From assembly GCA_963796965.1 (NCBI GenBank), contig CAWCNS010000012.1:32001-96000 (forward strand): DNA of 64,000 nucleotides, read 5' to 3'. The position numbers and the translations under genes were made by a program. Positions 33,894-45,084 of the stretch are shown here, one piece after another (the first letter of the stretch is position 1; each line of letters opens with the position of its first letter). The notes under the pieces were generated by a model. That model saw only the letters and a list, made by a program, of their open reading frames with translations, did not search any database and had not been told where the DNA came from. This DNA comes from Calditrichia bacterium (GTDB lineage Bacteria; Calditrichota; Calditrichia; JAJRVZ01).

Positions 33894-34244
33894 ATCCTCT
33901 TTTCCTCTAACTCCTTCTATCCCATGTTTCCAATATTCATCCAATAAAATCAAATGGTGCTGAATATGATCTCTTAGAAAAGGATTAATCGATTAGCCCA
34001 ATATAATAATCATATTTGGTTAATAAGTGATTTACAGATATGAGAAAATGCGGGTTTTCATTCTAATTGTACTCCTACACTCAATTCAATAAGTATGTTA
34101 TATAACTAAGGTTTTACCCTCAACCGACCGAAAATAGAGTAAAATCTTTATGTCTGCGGTTTTGATTGATGAGGCTATTAATAATATGGTTGAATATTCA
34201 TTCTGAGCACAATAAATTATAGGTTAACTTCCAGGGAGATTTTT

Positions 34245-35393
34245 TTGAAGAGCATTGCCTTCCATAGCAAAATTCATCTACAGACACGAGAATTCCATGT
34301 TCATACGGGCAGTGTTCCTGAAAAACAGGTGATTATTAGTGAAATTTTTGAAGAAGGACAATTTATTACCTCTCATCAACTACCATTTTTATTCAGGGAA
34401 ATTGAGAATAAATCATCAGAGATTTATTATTTAAAAACACTCGCAACAGATCTTCACGAGACAATTATTGATGAACTAAAAATGCTATTTACTATCCATG
34501 ACCGCATCAAGTCTCTTAATAAATATCTTGCTCATTTTAAACTAGGATCACTATTCTATTATCGCAATATTTTAGACGAGGCAGTTGAAAATTTTGAGCA
34601 TACGATAGAATTGCAACCTGATTTTATTTCTGCTTATATACAATTAGGTAAGTGCTTTATTAAAAAAGAAGCATATCAAAGTGCTATAGATATATTTAAG
34701 CGGGGATTGGAGATAAAGAGTGATTTTCCTGATCTTCTAAATGGCCTTGGTGTCGCATTAACTTTTGCCAATAAATACGATGAGGCAACACAGATACTTC
34801 AACAGGCAATAAATATTAAACCCAACTTTCATGAAGCAAATCTAAATTTGGGCATTGTTCTTCTTCTAAGCACGCTGGAAGGAGGCGAGGAGCAGGATAA
34901 GGCTGTTGTGCCATCACGTGTTATTCGTTATATCAAAGCCTTACACTCATTGGATAGGTATAAAGAAGATCAATGGAAGCATTCTTTTGAAATGATAATT
35001 CAACAAATAGAGGATGGAAACCTTGAGGATATTCTTGCCAGTTTACGGTCTATTCAATATAACTTGATTACCCACCTTAAGATTGATATAACAATCGAGT
35101 CATTTTATTTGAAATTTATGTATAGTGGACGTGAGTTAGCCTATGAGGAACTGGAATCCTACGAGCGAAAAATCCAGAATCTTGCGAAGCAACGGGAAAA
35201 TTTTGCTGATTACTGGAATGAAATGGGAATCATACATATTATTCAATGTCGCCACCTCTTTTTAAAATCAGTTACCGAGTTTGAAAAAGCAGTTGAATTA
35301 AATGAAAATTACAGGGAGGCTGCAAATAATCTGGCGTTAATAAAAAATATCCGTAAAGGATTTTTAATCCTGCTTCGCGCAATCCTCAAATAG
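34245..35393 (+). CDS. Tetratricopeptide-repeat protein
   Basis: AHFKLG, AYIQLG, LLNGLG, ANLNLG, YWNEMG TPR helices. Confidence 0.85.
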   Translation: MKSIAFHSKIHLQTREFHVHTGSVPEKQVIISEIFEEGQFITSHQLPFLFREIENKSSEIYYLKTLATDLHETIIDELKMLFTIHDRIKSLNKYLAHFKLGSLFYYRNILDEAVENFEHTIELQPDFISAYIQLGKCFIKKEAYQSAIDIFKRGLEIKSDFPDLLNGLGVALTFANKYDEATQILQQAINIKPNFHEANLNLGIVLLLSTLEGGEEQDKAVVPSRVIRYIKALHSLDRYKEDQWKHSFEMIIQQIEDGNLEDILASLRSIQYNLITHLKIDITIESFYLKFMYSGRELAYEELESYERKIQNLAKQRENFADYWNEMGIIHIIQCRHLFLKSVTEFEKAVELNENYREAANNLALIKNIRKGFLILLRAILK

Positions 35394-35406
35394 TGTTTTA
35401 AATGAC

Positions 35407-36738
35407 ATGGCCAAAATTCTCGTTGTAGATAATGAAGAACGCATGTGCAAGATCATCAGAGCGGCGCTGGAAATGGATGGTCACTACGTGGATATGGCAT
35501 TTTCCGGTCAGGCTGCGCTTGATCTCCTTTCTGATGACAAACGGTATGATATTGTCATAACAGATCTAAAAATGCAAAAAGTGGACGGGCTGCAAGTGTT
35601 GCAATCGGCTCGAGCACTTAACCCCACTCCCGATGTTATTTTAATGACTGCTTTCGCTTCTCAACAGACCGCAATAAAAGCCATGCGTGCTGGTGCCTTC
35701 GATTATCTTATCAAGCCCTTTGAGATAGATGAATTGTCTCTGAGGATCAATAGAATTATCACTCAAAAAATCCTGGTAGATGAAAACCAAAAATTAAAGG
35801 ATGAAGTAAAATCTAAGCAGATTCACAATATTATCGGTAAAAGTGAAAAGATGCGTCAGGTTTACCAGCTCATTAATAAAGTGGCTGAAAGTGATGCAAC
35901 GGTACTAATTCTGGGAGAGAGTGGTACCGGAAAGGAATTGGTTGCAGAAGCCGTTCATAAGCAGAGTGGCAGATCAAAGGAAAATTTTATTGCGGTCAAT
36001 TGTGCCGCGGTACCAGAAAATCTGCTAGAAAGCGAATTGTTCGGGTATGAGAAAGGTGCTTTCACGGGAGCCAATCAACGTAAAATCGGACTTTTTGAAT
36101 CTGCAGGGAAGGGGACAATTTTTCTCGATGAGATTGGTGATATGTCACTCAGTACCCAGGCCAAGTTGTTGCGGGTTTTACAGAACAAGGAAGTCATTCG
36201 TGTTGGTGGTACAGAAAAAATTAGGATAGATGCACGAGTCATTACCGCAACGAATCGAAATCTTGAAGAAATGATAAGCGCAGGTTCCTTTCGTTCTGAT
36301 CTGTATTATCGTATAAATATCTTTCCCCTGCCTCTTCCACCACTAAGAGAGAGAAAAGAAGATATCCCGGAACTGATCGAATTTTTTCTTAACAATCTGA
36401 ATGAAAAGGGGATTACTGCACGAGCAAAAATGGTATTGATGGAGTATGACTGGCCGGGTAATATCCGCGAACTTTTAAATATTCTGGAGAGGGCGGCCAT
36501 TGTTGCGGAAAAAACTATTGATGTAGAGCATTTACCAAATCAATTTACCGGTCTTCAGGTCTCGAAGGGCAAAATTGAAATCCCTGATGAAGGTCTAAGT
36601 TTGGATGAGGTTGAGAAAGATCTGATAATTGGGGCATTGCAGAGAGCAGAAGGCAATAAAACCAGAGCGGCAGAATTACTCGGTATTACCCGCAGACGTC
36701 TTTATTCTATGATGGAGAGATTTGAAATAGACCATTAA
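35407..36738 (+). CDS. NtrC-family sigma54-dependent response regulator
   Basis: Receiver domain, GESGTGKE, GAFTGA, FLDEIG, C-terminal Fis HTH. Confidence 0.95.
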   Translation: MAKILVVDNEERMCKIIRAALEMDGHYVDMAFSGQAALDLLSDDKRYDIVITDLKMQKVDGLQVLQSARALNPTPDVILMTAFASQQTAIKAMRAGAFDYLIKPFEIDELSLRINRIITQKILVDENQKLKDEVKSKQIHNIIGKSEKMRQVYQLINKVAESDATVLILGESGTGKELVAEAVHKQSGRSKENFIAVNCAAVPENLLESELFGYEKGAFTGANQRKIGLFESAGKGTIFLDEIGDMSLSTQAKLLRVLQNKEVIRVGGTEKIRIDARVITATNRNLEEMISAGSFRSDLYYRINIFPLPLPPLRERKEDIPELIEFFLNNLNEKGITARAKMVLMEYDWPGNIRELLNILERAAIVAEKTIDVEHLPNQFTGLQVSKGKIEIPDEGLSLDEVEKDLIIGALQRAEGNKTRAAELLGITRRRLYSMMERFEIDH

Positions 36739-36903
36739 TTAACAATATATTATATGGATGATTTATGACTCTATATATAGAGCGGGAGCTGGGGATGGGA
36801 ATTCACGACCTCGTCCTCGAAAGGCGGAACTCGATCTTGAGGAGGCTCCCGCTCTGATAACATAAAAGGACTTTATATACATAAAATAATTATTTATTGA
36901 AAT

Positions 36904-37200
36904 CTAAATGTGATATATGCAACAATTGGGAGGAAAAAAACATTTTAATTCAACAATCACCTTGTTTTCTATCAAATAATCTAATCTATAATTCCCAATA
37001 GGATTACCCTTATATTTTATCTCAAGTTCTTTCTGTCTTTTATCTTCAATACCTCGAGACTTAAGTTCATGCTCCATGGCTTCTTCATAAAAATTTTCTA
37101 AAAGACCCGGACCAAGTAAAGAATGAATTTTCCCGATAAATCGGGACACAGGATATTATTTTCTCAGTAATATCTTTAAAGGGATATTCTTTAAGAGTTC
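36904..37200 (-). pseudogene. GxxExxY-family (PD-(D/E)XK fold) gene remnant
   Basis: DITEKIISC / IHSLLGPGLLENFYE...YRLDYLIENKVIVELK; frame breaks at the palindrome cccgatttatcggg; C-terminal third missing. Confidence 0.8.
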
Positions 37201-37331
37201 TCAGAGTATTTCTCTGAGGGTTCTGCCTGTCCCGTAGGCTTGGTAAAGCCAGGCTTGTACGGGATAGTTTCATCTTACGATCCTATTTTTCATTTTTTCA
37301 TATCCCGATTTTATCGGGATGACACTACCAT

Positions 37332-37454
37332 TTTAGGAGAGGGTTGGGGAGAGGTAAATAAATGAAATTCTGTTTTTTGACATTTATGTCGAAATAAAAC
37401 TAGCGAAATACCACGATAGGCATCGGGGATAGTCAGTTTTAAAGAATTTCTTTA
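37332..37454 (+). repeat. Structured dispersed element, copy 3 (5'-truncated)
   Basis: Matches copies 1 and 2 from tttaggaga onward. Confidence 0.9.
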
Positions 37455-37481
37455 TTAATTGAATATTGGGCTTGCTGACGC

Positions 37482-38729
37482 TTATTCCAAAGAATGGATA
37501 ATTAGGCCTGATCTTAGTTTGGGTTCAAACCAGGTTGATTTAGGGGGCATCGTTTCACCAGCATCTGCCGTTGCCAGTAGATCCTCTATACTTGTTGGAT
37601 AGAGCGTAAAAGCAACAGACATCTCACCTGTATCTACTCTTGCCTCCAGACCCTCAATGCCACGCATTCCACCTACAAAATCTATGCGTTTGTCCTTCCG
37701 CAAGTCTCCAATTCCGAGTATAGGTTTTAATAAATTGTCAGTCAGAATACTTACATCTAATCGTTTTGTGGGATGGTTGTTGTCCCAGGAGCCCGGGATA
37801 GCTGAGAGCCTGTACCACATTCCGTTGAGGTACATACCATAATCATGTCTGACCTTAGGACGATATCCCTCGGAACGAGCAAATTCACGAACAAGGAATT
37901 TTTTTCCAATTTCCTTTATAAAATCCTTTTCACTTAATCCGTTCAGATCTTTCACAACGCGGTTGTAATCCATAATATACATCTGATTATCAGGAAAGAT
38001 GACAGAGAGAAAATAATTATATTCTTCCTCTCCGCTATGGCTCGAGTTTTTTTCTTTCAGGACATCTGATACCCTGCTGGCGGCAGCCGAGCGATGATGC
38101 CCGTCTGCAACATAGAGTTCCCCGATGTCCGCAAAACCTGATTCAATCTTTGTGATGGTCTCATTGTCTGTTATCGTCCACAGGGTATGCAGTATACCAT
38201 CGTCAGATTTAAAATCATATTCAGGTTCTCCTGAACTGGCTGCCGATATTAAGTCATCGAGGGATTTCTCCGCGCGGTAGGTAAGAAATACCGGACCTGT
38301 TTGTGCGTTTAAACTAAGAATATGATTTAGTCGATCATCTTCTTTCTCAATCCGGGTTAATTCATGCTTTTTAATTTTATCTTGCTTATACTCCTCACTT
38401 GATACACAGGCAACAAGTCCAATCTGAATATGCTCATTCATAATTTGTCGGTAAAGATAGAAGGCCGGTTTCTCTTCCTGAATAAAAACACCATCATCAA
38501 TCAATTTGTCCAGATTCTTCCTGCCCTGTGCATAAACCGATTCATCATAGGCATTTGTTTCGGCAGGCAAGTCTATTTCTGGCTTATTTACATGTAGAAA
38601 AGACAGAGGATTGCCACGGGCCAATTCTCGTGCCTCCTCAGTATTAACAACATCATAGGGTGGAGACGCTACTTGTTCAGCTAATTCCGCCCGGGGACGC
38701 CATGCCCGGAATGGTCTGACAATTGACAT
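37482..38729 (-). CDS. DUF1015 family protein
   Basis: SPPYDV, KKHELT, ADGHHR, MPPKSTWFEPKLRSG. Confidence 0.9.
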   Translation of the reverse strand: MSIVRPFRAWRPRAELAEQVASPPYDVVNTEEARELARGNPLSFLHVNKPEIDLPAETNAYDESVYAQGRKNLDKLIDDGVFIQEEKPAFYLYRQIMNEHIQIGLVACVSSEEYKQDKIKKHELTRIEKEDDRLNHILSLNAQTGPVFLTYRAEKSLDDLISAASSGEPEYDFKSDDGILHTLWTITDNETITKIESGFADIGELYVADGHHRSAAASRVSDVLKEKNSSHSGEEEYNYFLSVIFPDNQMYIMDYNRVVKDLNGLSEKDFIKEIGKKFLVREFARSEGYRPKVRHDYGMYLNGMWYRLSAIPGSWDNNHPTKRLDVSILTDNLLKPILGIGDLRKDKRIDFVGGMRGIEGLEARVDTGEMSVAFTLYPTSIEDLLATADAGETMPPKSTWFEPKLRSGLIIHSLE

Positions 38730-39086
38730 ATTTAAACTCCCATAAATAATATAATTTGAAACTATCAGTAGACGGTAGACGGTACCCATCACCCGGTACT
38801 GGGCACTGGGTCCAGATTCAATCTAACAAGAATTCCCGTCTTTAAATTCTACATTCTTAATTCTTAATTTTAAATTCGGTTTTCGTGATTCGTAATTGGT
38901 AATTTGAAATTACAATAATATAAGTCATCATAACATAAAAAACACCAGAAAAATATTGATTTCCCTTTGACTATAAATAAGGGTGGCATTAAATTCGAAT
39001 GCAGAAATTTTGTAAGAATCCTGACAAAATCTTCTCTTATAACATTAATATAATCAATAAATTAGATTGGTATAATAACTTTAAAT

Positions 39087-42000
39087 ATGTCTTTCGCACA
39101 TTTACATTCACATACAAATTATAGTCTGCTTGATGGTGCCGGTAAAATCCATAAAATGATTGCCGAGACCAAAAGGTTGGGAATGGATAGTCTGGCCATT
39201 ACTGATCATGGCAACATGTTTGGAAGTCTTGAATTCTATACAGAGGCAAAAAAAAATGGTATAAAACCTATAATCGGATGCGAAGCTTATATTGCTCCCC
39301 GCGAAAGAACCTTACATAAAGCCGTAGAAGGGGAATCCCATTCCTATCATCTGGTTCTTCTTGCAAAAAATGAGATCGGATACAAGAATCTCATAAAGTT
39401 AACCTCATATTCTTACCTTCAGGGTTTTTATTATCGTCCACGAATTGATAGAGATTTACTGAAAGAATACTCAGAAGGATTGGTTGTCCTATCGGCATGC
39501 CTGAAGGGTGAGGTTACATATAAGTTAAGGCGAGGCCGGAGGGAAGCAGCCATCGAAGCTGCTGAATTTTATTTGGATGTTTTCGGGGATGACTTTTATT
39601 TAGAGATGCAGGATCATGGTATAGAAGAAGAGCATGATGTATATCCTAAAATATATGAACTAGCCAAGGAAATGGGTGTACCGGTAGTCGCCACAAATGA
39701 TGTACATTATCTGCATCAAAAAGATTCGCATGCACACGACATTTTATTATGTCTCCAGACAGGGAAGGACCGGGACGATCCGAACCGGATGCGTTATAAT
39801 ACAGATCAACTCTACCTAAAATCACCAGAAGAGATGTATCGTCTGTTTAAAGACCATCCGGAAGTCGTAGAACGTACATTAGAAGTAGCAGACAAGATCA
39901 ATCTGGAAATTGATTTTAACAAACGATATTTACCCGAATTTCCTATACCCGAATCTGAAGGTGACGGCTCCCCTGATAAATATCTGGAGAAATTATCCCG
40001 GCTGGGTTTAGAGAAGAAATTTACAGAACTCAATAAGGAAATCGAAGATAGATTGAATTATGAGTTAAATATTATTGAAAATATGGGTTTTGCCGGATAT
40101 TTCTTAATTGTTCAGGATTTTATTGATGCTGCGCGGCAACGGGATATTCCTGTAGGATTAGGGCGGGGCTCAGCTGCTGGCAGTCTGGTTGCCTATGCCC
40201 TGGGTATCACGGATGTTGATCCGATTAAATATGATCTCCTTTTTGAACGATTTTTAAATCCAGAGCGCGTATCCATGCCCGATATCGATATAGATTTTTG
40301 CTATGAACGACGCGACGAGGTGATAGAGTATGTTCGTGATAAATATGGTCAGAAAAATGTCGCACAAATCATTACTTTTGGAACCATGGCATCTCGGGGA
40401 GTTATCCGTGACGTCTCCCGTGTATTAAAAATTCCTATAGCGCAGGCTGATGCTATCGCCAAAAAAGTTCCTGTCGTTCAGGCTAAACCTATGCCTCTGG
40501 AAAAGGCTTTCAATACTGTCCCTGAATTAAAAAAAATGAAAGAGGACGATGATGAAAAAATTAAGGAGTTAATTGAATATTCGAAGACCCTGGAAGGTCT
40601 TTCACGTCATATGTCCGTACATGCAGCCGGAATTCTCATTGCTCCGGATGACATCACCAATTATGCCCCGCTCTGCCTTAACTCAGATAAACAAGTCACA
40701 ACCCAATGGACAATGGGATGGTGTGAGGCAGTGGGTCTGCTGAAAATGGATTTTCTCGGTTTACGTAATTTAACTGTTATCCATAACTCAGAAAAGATGA
40801 TTCGTGCAAAGTATGAACCGGATTTTTCCATCCGAGATATTCCTCTTGATGATGAAAAAACCTATCAATTATTTGGAAAAGGAAATACGATCGGTATTTT
40901 TCAATTTGAAAGTTCTGGTATGCAGGAATATCTACGTAAACTGCAACCGAACAGGATAGAAGATCTGATCGCAATGAATGCCCTCTATCGACCGGGTCCG
41001 ATGGATATGATTGACGATTTTATTGATAGAAAAAAAGGGAAAAAAGAAATAACCTATCTCCATCCCAAACTGGAACCAATCCTTAAAGAAACCTATGGAA
41101 TTATAGTATATCAGGAGCAGGTAATGCGCATTACCTCGGATCTTGGTGGATTTACTCTGGCTGAATCTGATATTATGCGCCGGATTATGGGAAAAAAGAA
41201 AAAAGAGGAGATGGAGGCGCAAAAAGAAAAATTTATCCAGGGATGTATAGATAATAATATCAATAAAAAAATTGCTCAAGAAGTTGCCGATTTAATTGAA
41301 AAGTTTGCATCCTATGGATTTAATAAATCGCATGCGGCTGCCTATGCCCTGATCGCTTATCAAACCGGATATCTCAAGAGTAATTATCCGGCAGAGTTTA
41401 TGTCATCCAATCTATCCAGCGAAATGACCAATTCAGACAAAATTGTACTCCTTATTGATGAATGCCGGAAGATGGGGATCGAAGTTGTCCCTCCGGATGT
41501 AAATCATAGCAAGGCCAAATTTGAACCCCTTGAGCATAATAAAATTGCTTTTGGTATGGCCGCCATAAAAAATGTAGGACTAGGTGCCATAGATTCCATT
41601 ACAACCATACGTGAAAATGAAGGTCGATTTACAAGTCTTTTTCAAATGCTCCAAAAGGTAGATTTGCGTCTGGTTAATAAAAAGGTTTTAGAAAGCCTGG
41701 CTCAATGTGGTGCCTGTGATAGCCTTGAAGGTAATAGAGCTCAAATATACAATGCGGTGGAATTGGCCATTGATTTTGGACAGGATTTTCAGGGAAAAAG
41801 CAGATCCAATCATAACCAGCATTCAATATTCGATCAGGATCCGGAGGTTGCCGATCTTGTTATCGAGCCTAAATTACCCGATATTCCTGATTGGACACCC
41901 CAGGAAAAGCTAAACAAAGAAAAAGAGTTCCTCGGATTTTATATCTCCGGCCATCCATTAAAAAATTATTCTGCTATAATCAGACTTTATTCTACTGACT

Positions 42001-42549
42001 GGAAAACAACGAACGGTGAATTGTTTGAAAATAAATCCATGGTTGCAATTTCCGGAATAATAACTGAGATCCGGACACTTCTTGATCGTAATAATAATAA
42101 GATGGCCTTTGTTAAAGTAGAAGATTTTGAACAGACATATGAAGCGGTTATTTTTGCTTCGGTTTTTCCTGAATATGAAAGTCTACTCGAGATGGATGCG
42201 ATGGTGCTTATGAAGGGGAAGATTAACTCAGAGGCTGATGACCCCTTAAAGAAAATTATCTGTGAAGAAGTATACAGTCTGGAAAAGGTACCTGGTGAAT
42301 TAACAAAGTCTTTGATGTTGAAAATCGACAAATCTAAAATATCTGAAGAAAAAATTACCTATTTGAAGAATCTTCTCAATGCCCACCGTGGTAAAACACC
42401 GATCTATTTTCGTGTTGCTCTGAATGGAAAGGACGAGGTAAACATGGTCTCTACAAAAGCTAAAGATTGCCATGTCTACAACGTTGATAGAAAAATTGAT
42501 AGGTATTCTGGATCTGGAAAATATTAAAATTCAGGTGAAGCCAAATTGA
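39087..42549 (+). CDS. dnaE: DNA polymerase III alpha subunit (C-terminal frameshift near 42455)
   Basis: PHP HLHSH, GRGSAAGS, PDIDID, YGFNKSH; corrected frame ends ...KIQVKPN overlapping the dtd start. Confidence 0.97.
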
Positions 42550-42986
42550 AAGTAGTTGTTCAAAGAGTGAGTTCTGCTTCCGTAAGGATTGATGGTCGGA
42601 CAGTAGGTGAGATTGGTCAAGGATTGGTACTTCTGGTTGGGGTTGCGGAGTCGGATTCGAAAACAGAGATAGAATTTGTTGCGAATAAATGCGCTGAATT
42701 ACGTATATTTCAGGATGATCAGCAAAAGATGAATTTATCGCTCCTTGAAGTTGGAGGTGAAATTCTATCAATTTCCCAATTTACCCTGCTGGGTGATACA
42801 AAAAAAGGTCGCAGACCCAGTTTTATAAAGGCTGCAGAACCAGACAAAGCAGATGAATATTATCAATATTTTAATCACTTGCTTACACAAAGAGGAATAA
42901 AAGTAGAAAAAGGCATATTTGGAGCGATGATGGATGTTGAATTAATAAATGATGGCCCCGTAACTTTAATTGTAGAATCCAAGTAA
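42546..42986 (+). CDS. dtd: D-aminoacyl-tRNA deacylase
   Basis: VQRV, SQFTL, NDGPVT. Confidence 0.96.
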   Translation: MKVVVQRVSSASVRIDGRTVGEIGQGLVLLVGVAESDSKTEIEFVANKCAELRIFQDDQQKMNLSLLEVGGEILSISQFTLLGDTKKGRRPSFIKAAEPDKADEYYQYFNHLLTQRGIKVEKGIFGAMMDVELINDGPVTLIVESK

Positions 42987-43008
42987 TTCAAAACTTAGTA
43001 AATGTATT

Positions 43009-43782
43009 ATGAAAATAGTTGATTTAATAAGAGATTTTTGGTGGGCAAAACTAAGTGTCATTTTTTTAGGCCTTGTGCTAGTAGCGTTTCTGGTGGATAA
43101 GGTGATTATGCCCTTGTATGTGGATCTGGGAAATGAGACAGAACTTCCTGATGTAATAGAAATGTCTCTCAGTGAAGCAACAAATTTATTAGAGGAGAAG
43201 GGCTTTCAGATTGTGGTGAAAGACTCCCTCTTTGATGCCAAACATGATGTAGGCACCGTAATCGAACAAAATCCATATCCCTATGCAACAGTAAAAGAGG
43301 GTCGGCGGGTATATTTAACTGTTTCGATTGGAGAAAAACCGATCATTATGCCAAACTTATTCGGTGTCTCTCCTCGTGAAGCAGAACTTATTCTGGAGAC
43401 CTTTAGACTAAAGTTGGGTTCTAAATTCTACGTGCCAAATGAGAGATATTATGAAGGAACCGTAATGAGCCAGTCTTACCCTCAGGGTCAGGAAATAAAA
43501 TCTGGTTCTAAAATTGATATCATCATTAGTCTCGGTCAGATTAGCAAGGATGCTATCGTACCTGATCTGGTAGGTAAAAGTTTGCATGAGGCCCGGGAAC
43601 GACTAAAGGCTGTCGATCTTGAAATTGGCGAGATTGTCTGGGAGGAAAGGGATAATATATTACCCGAGACAATCATATCGCAGTCGATACCAGCAGGCCA
43701 AACCTTTGTGGAAGAAGAAACCATTATACTGGTAGTCAGTAAGGAAATGTCTCCGGAGTCAGAAAAGGCGAAAAATGAATAA
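43009..43782 (+). CDS. Membrane-anchored PASTA-domain protein (3 PASTA domains)
   Basis: N-terminal TM; LPDVI/MPNLF/VPDLV repeats. Confidence 0.88.
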   Translation: MKIVDLIRDFWWAKLSVIFLGLVLVAFLVDKVIMPLYVDLGNETELPDVIEMSLSEATNLLEEKGFQIVVKDSLFDAKHDVGTVIEQNPYPYATVKEGRRVYLTVSIGEKPIIMPNLFGVSPREAELILETFRLKLGSKFYVPNERYYEGTVMSQSYPQGQEIKSGSKIDIIISLGQISKDAIVPDLVGKSLHEARERLKAVDLEIGEIVWEERDNILPETIISQSIPAGQTFVEEETIILVVSKEMSPESEKAKNE

Positions 43783-44446
43783 AGTATTTATTGCCCCATC
43801 AATTCTGTCAGCTGATTTGTTAAAACTGGAGGAACAGATAAAGGCTGTTGAAGAGCGGGGTGCCGATTATATCCATGTTGATATTATGGATGGACATTTT
43901 GTACCTAATATCACCTTCGGCCCGGTTATTGTATCTACATTGAAGAGAATAACGGATCTGCCGCTTGATGTTCATTTAATGATTTATAACGTGGATCAAT
44001 ACATCCCTCAGTTTGCAAAAGCGGGCGCAGATATCATTACTATTCACCAGGAAGCGGGACCACATCTCCATCGAAGTCTGCAGCTTATCAAAAGCATGAA
44101 TGTCAAAGCAGGGGTATCCTTAAATCCTGCTACTGATAACTCTTCAATCTCAGCTGTATTAAATGAGGTGGATTTGGTATTGTTAATGACTGTAAATCCA
44201 GGGTTTGGTGGGCAAAGTTATATTTCGACAGTAACAGAAAAGTTAGAGCGACTCTCCGCTACTAAAAAAGATAAGAACTATTCTTTTCTTATTGAGGTGG
44301 ATGGTGGCATCAAAGCGGAGACAATCCCGGAGGTTGTTAAGGCAGGAGCAGAGGTACTGGTTGCAGGCAATGCCATATTTGCACAATCAGATCCAGGAAT
44401 AGCCTGTGAAAAATTAAAAAAAATGGCTAATGATGCGTTAAAATAA
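43775..44446 (+). CDS. rpe: Ribulose-phosphate 3-epimerase
   Basis: APSILSAD, HVDIMDGHFVPN, VNPGFGGQ, EVDGG. Confidence 0.97.
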   Translation: MNKVFIAPSILSADLLKLEEQIKAVEERGADYIHVDIMDGHFVPNITFGPVIVSTLKRITDLPLDVHLMIYNVDQYIPQFAKAGADIITIHQEAGPHLHRSLQLIKSMNVKAGVSLNPATDNSSISAVLNEVDLVLLMTVNPGFGGQSYISTVTEKLERLSATKKDKNYSFLIEVDGGIKAETIPEVVKAGAEVLVAGNAIFAQSDPGIACEKLKKMANDALK

Positions 44447-44491
44447 CCCTATTCTCTCAAAAAGTGATAGGACAATTTTACGTGAATAAAT

Positions 44492-45082
44492 ATGGATTCA
44501 TCCGATCGGTTAAAAGTTTTACCAGAGATAATACGCAAAAGTATTCATCTGGGTTGTAGTATTCTTCCTTTGCTATATTATTTTTATCTTAGCAGGGAAC
44601 AAATTATAATATTAAGCAGTATTATAAGCATTATACTTATAATCTCTGAGTATCTCCGTTACCGCTTCAATGGTACCCGTAAATTATTTCATATGGTTTT
44701 CGGATTCCTGCTCAGAGAAGATGAAAAAGACAAAACGATTACAGGAGCATCCTACTTATTTATATCTGCTACCGTTACTTTTTTAATATTTGAAAAAAAT
44801 ATTGCCATCCCGGCAGTACTGGTCTTAACGATTTCAGATTCATTAGCCGCTATTGTAGGGAAAGCAACAGTTTCTCCAAAATTCATTGGAAAATCTGTTG
44901 CAGGATCTGTTACATTCTTTTTTTTTACAGGATGTATACTGATAATTCTTGTTCCGGGTAAGGCAGTCTTCATGGTAACGGTTGCGGCCCTTCTTACTAT
45001 TCTTGAAGCCCTTCCGTTAAAAATCAATGACAATATCTTGATCCCGTTAGCAACAGGGATTATTTTGTATCTGGTAATTTAA
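44492..45082 (+). CDS. Polyprenol/phytol kinase (SEC59/DGK1/VTE5-like) membrane protein
   Basis: RKSIH, DSLAAIVG, KSVAGS, DNILIP. Confidence 0.75.
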   Translation: MDSSDRLKVLPEIIRKSIHLGCSILPLLYYFYLSREQIIILSSIISIILIISEYLRYRFNGTRKLFHMVFGFLLREDEKDKTITGASYLFISATVTFLIFEKNIAIPAVLVLTISDSLAAIVGKATVSPKFIGKSVAGSVTFFFFTGCILIILVPGKAVFMVTVAALLTILEALPLKINDNILIPLATGIILYLVI

Positions 45083-45084
45083 TC

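Noticed and set aside
39087..42549. Intein or intron in dnaE
   Set aside because: Length is ordinary and no splicing motifs or large insertion are evident.
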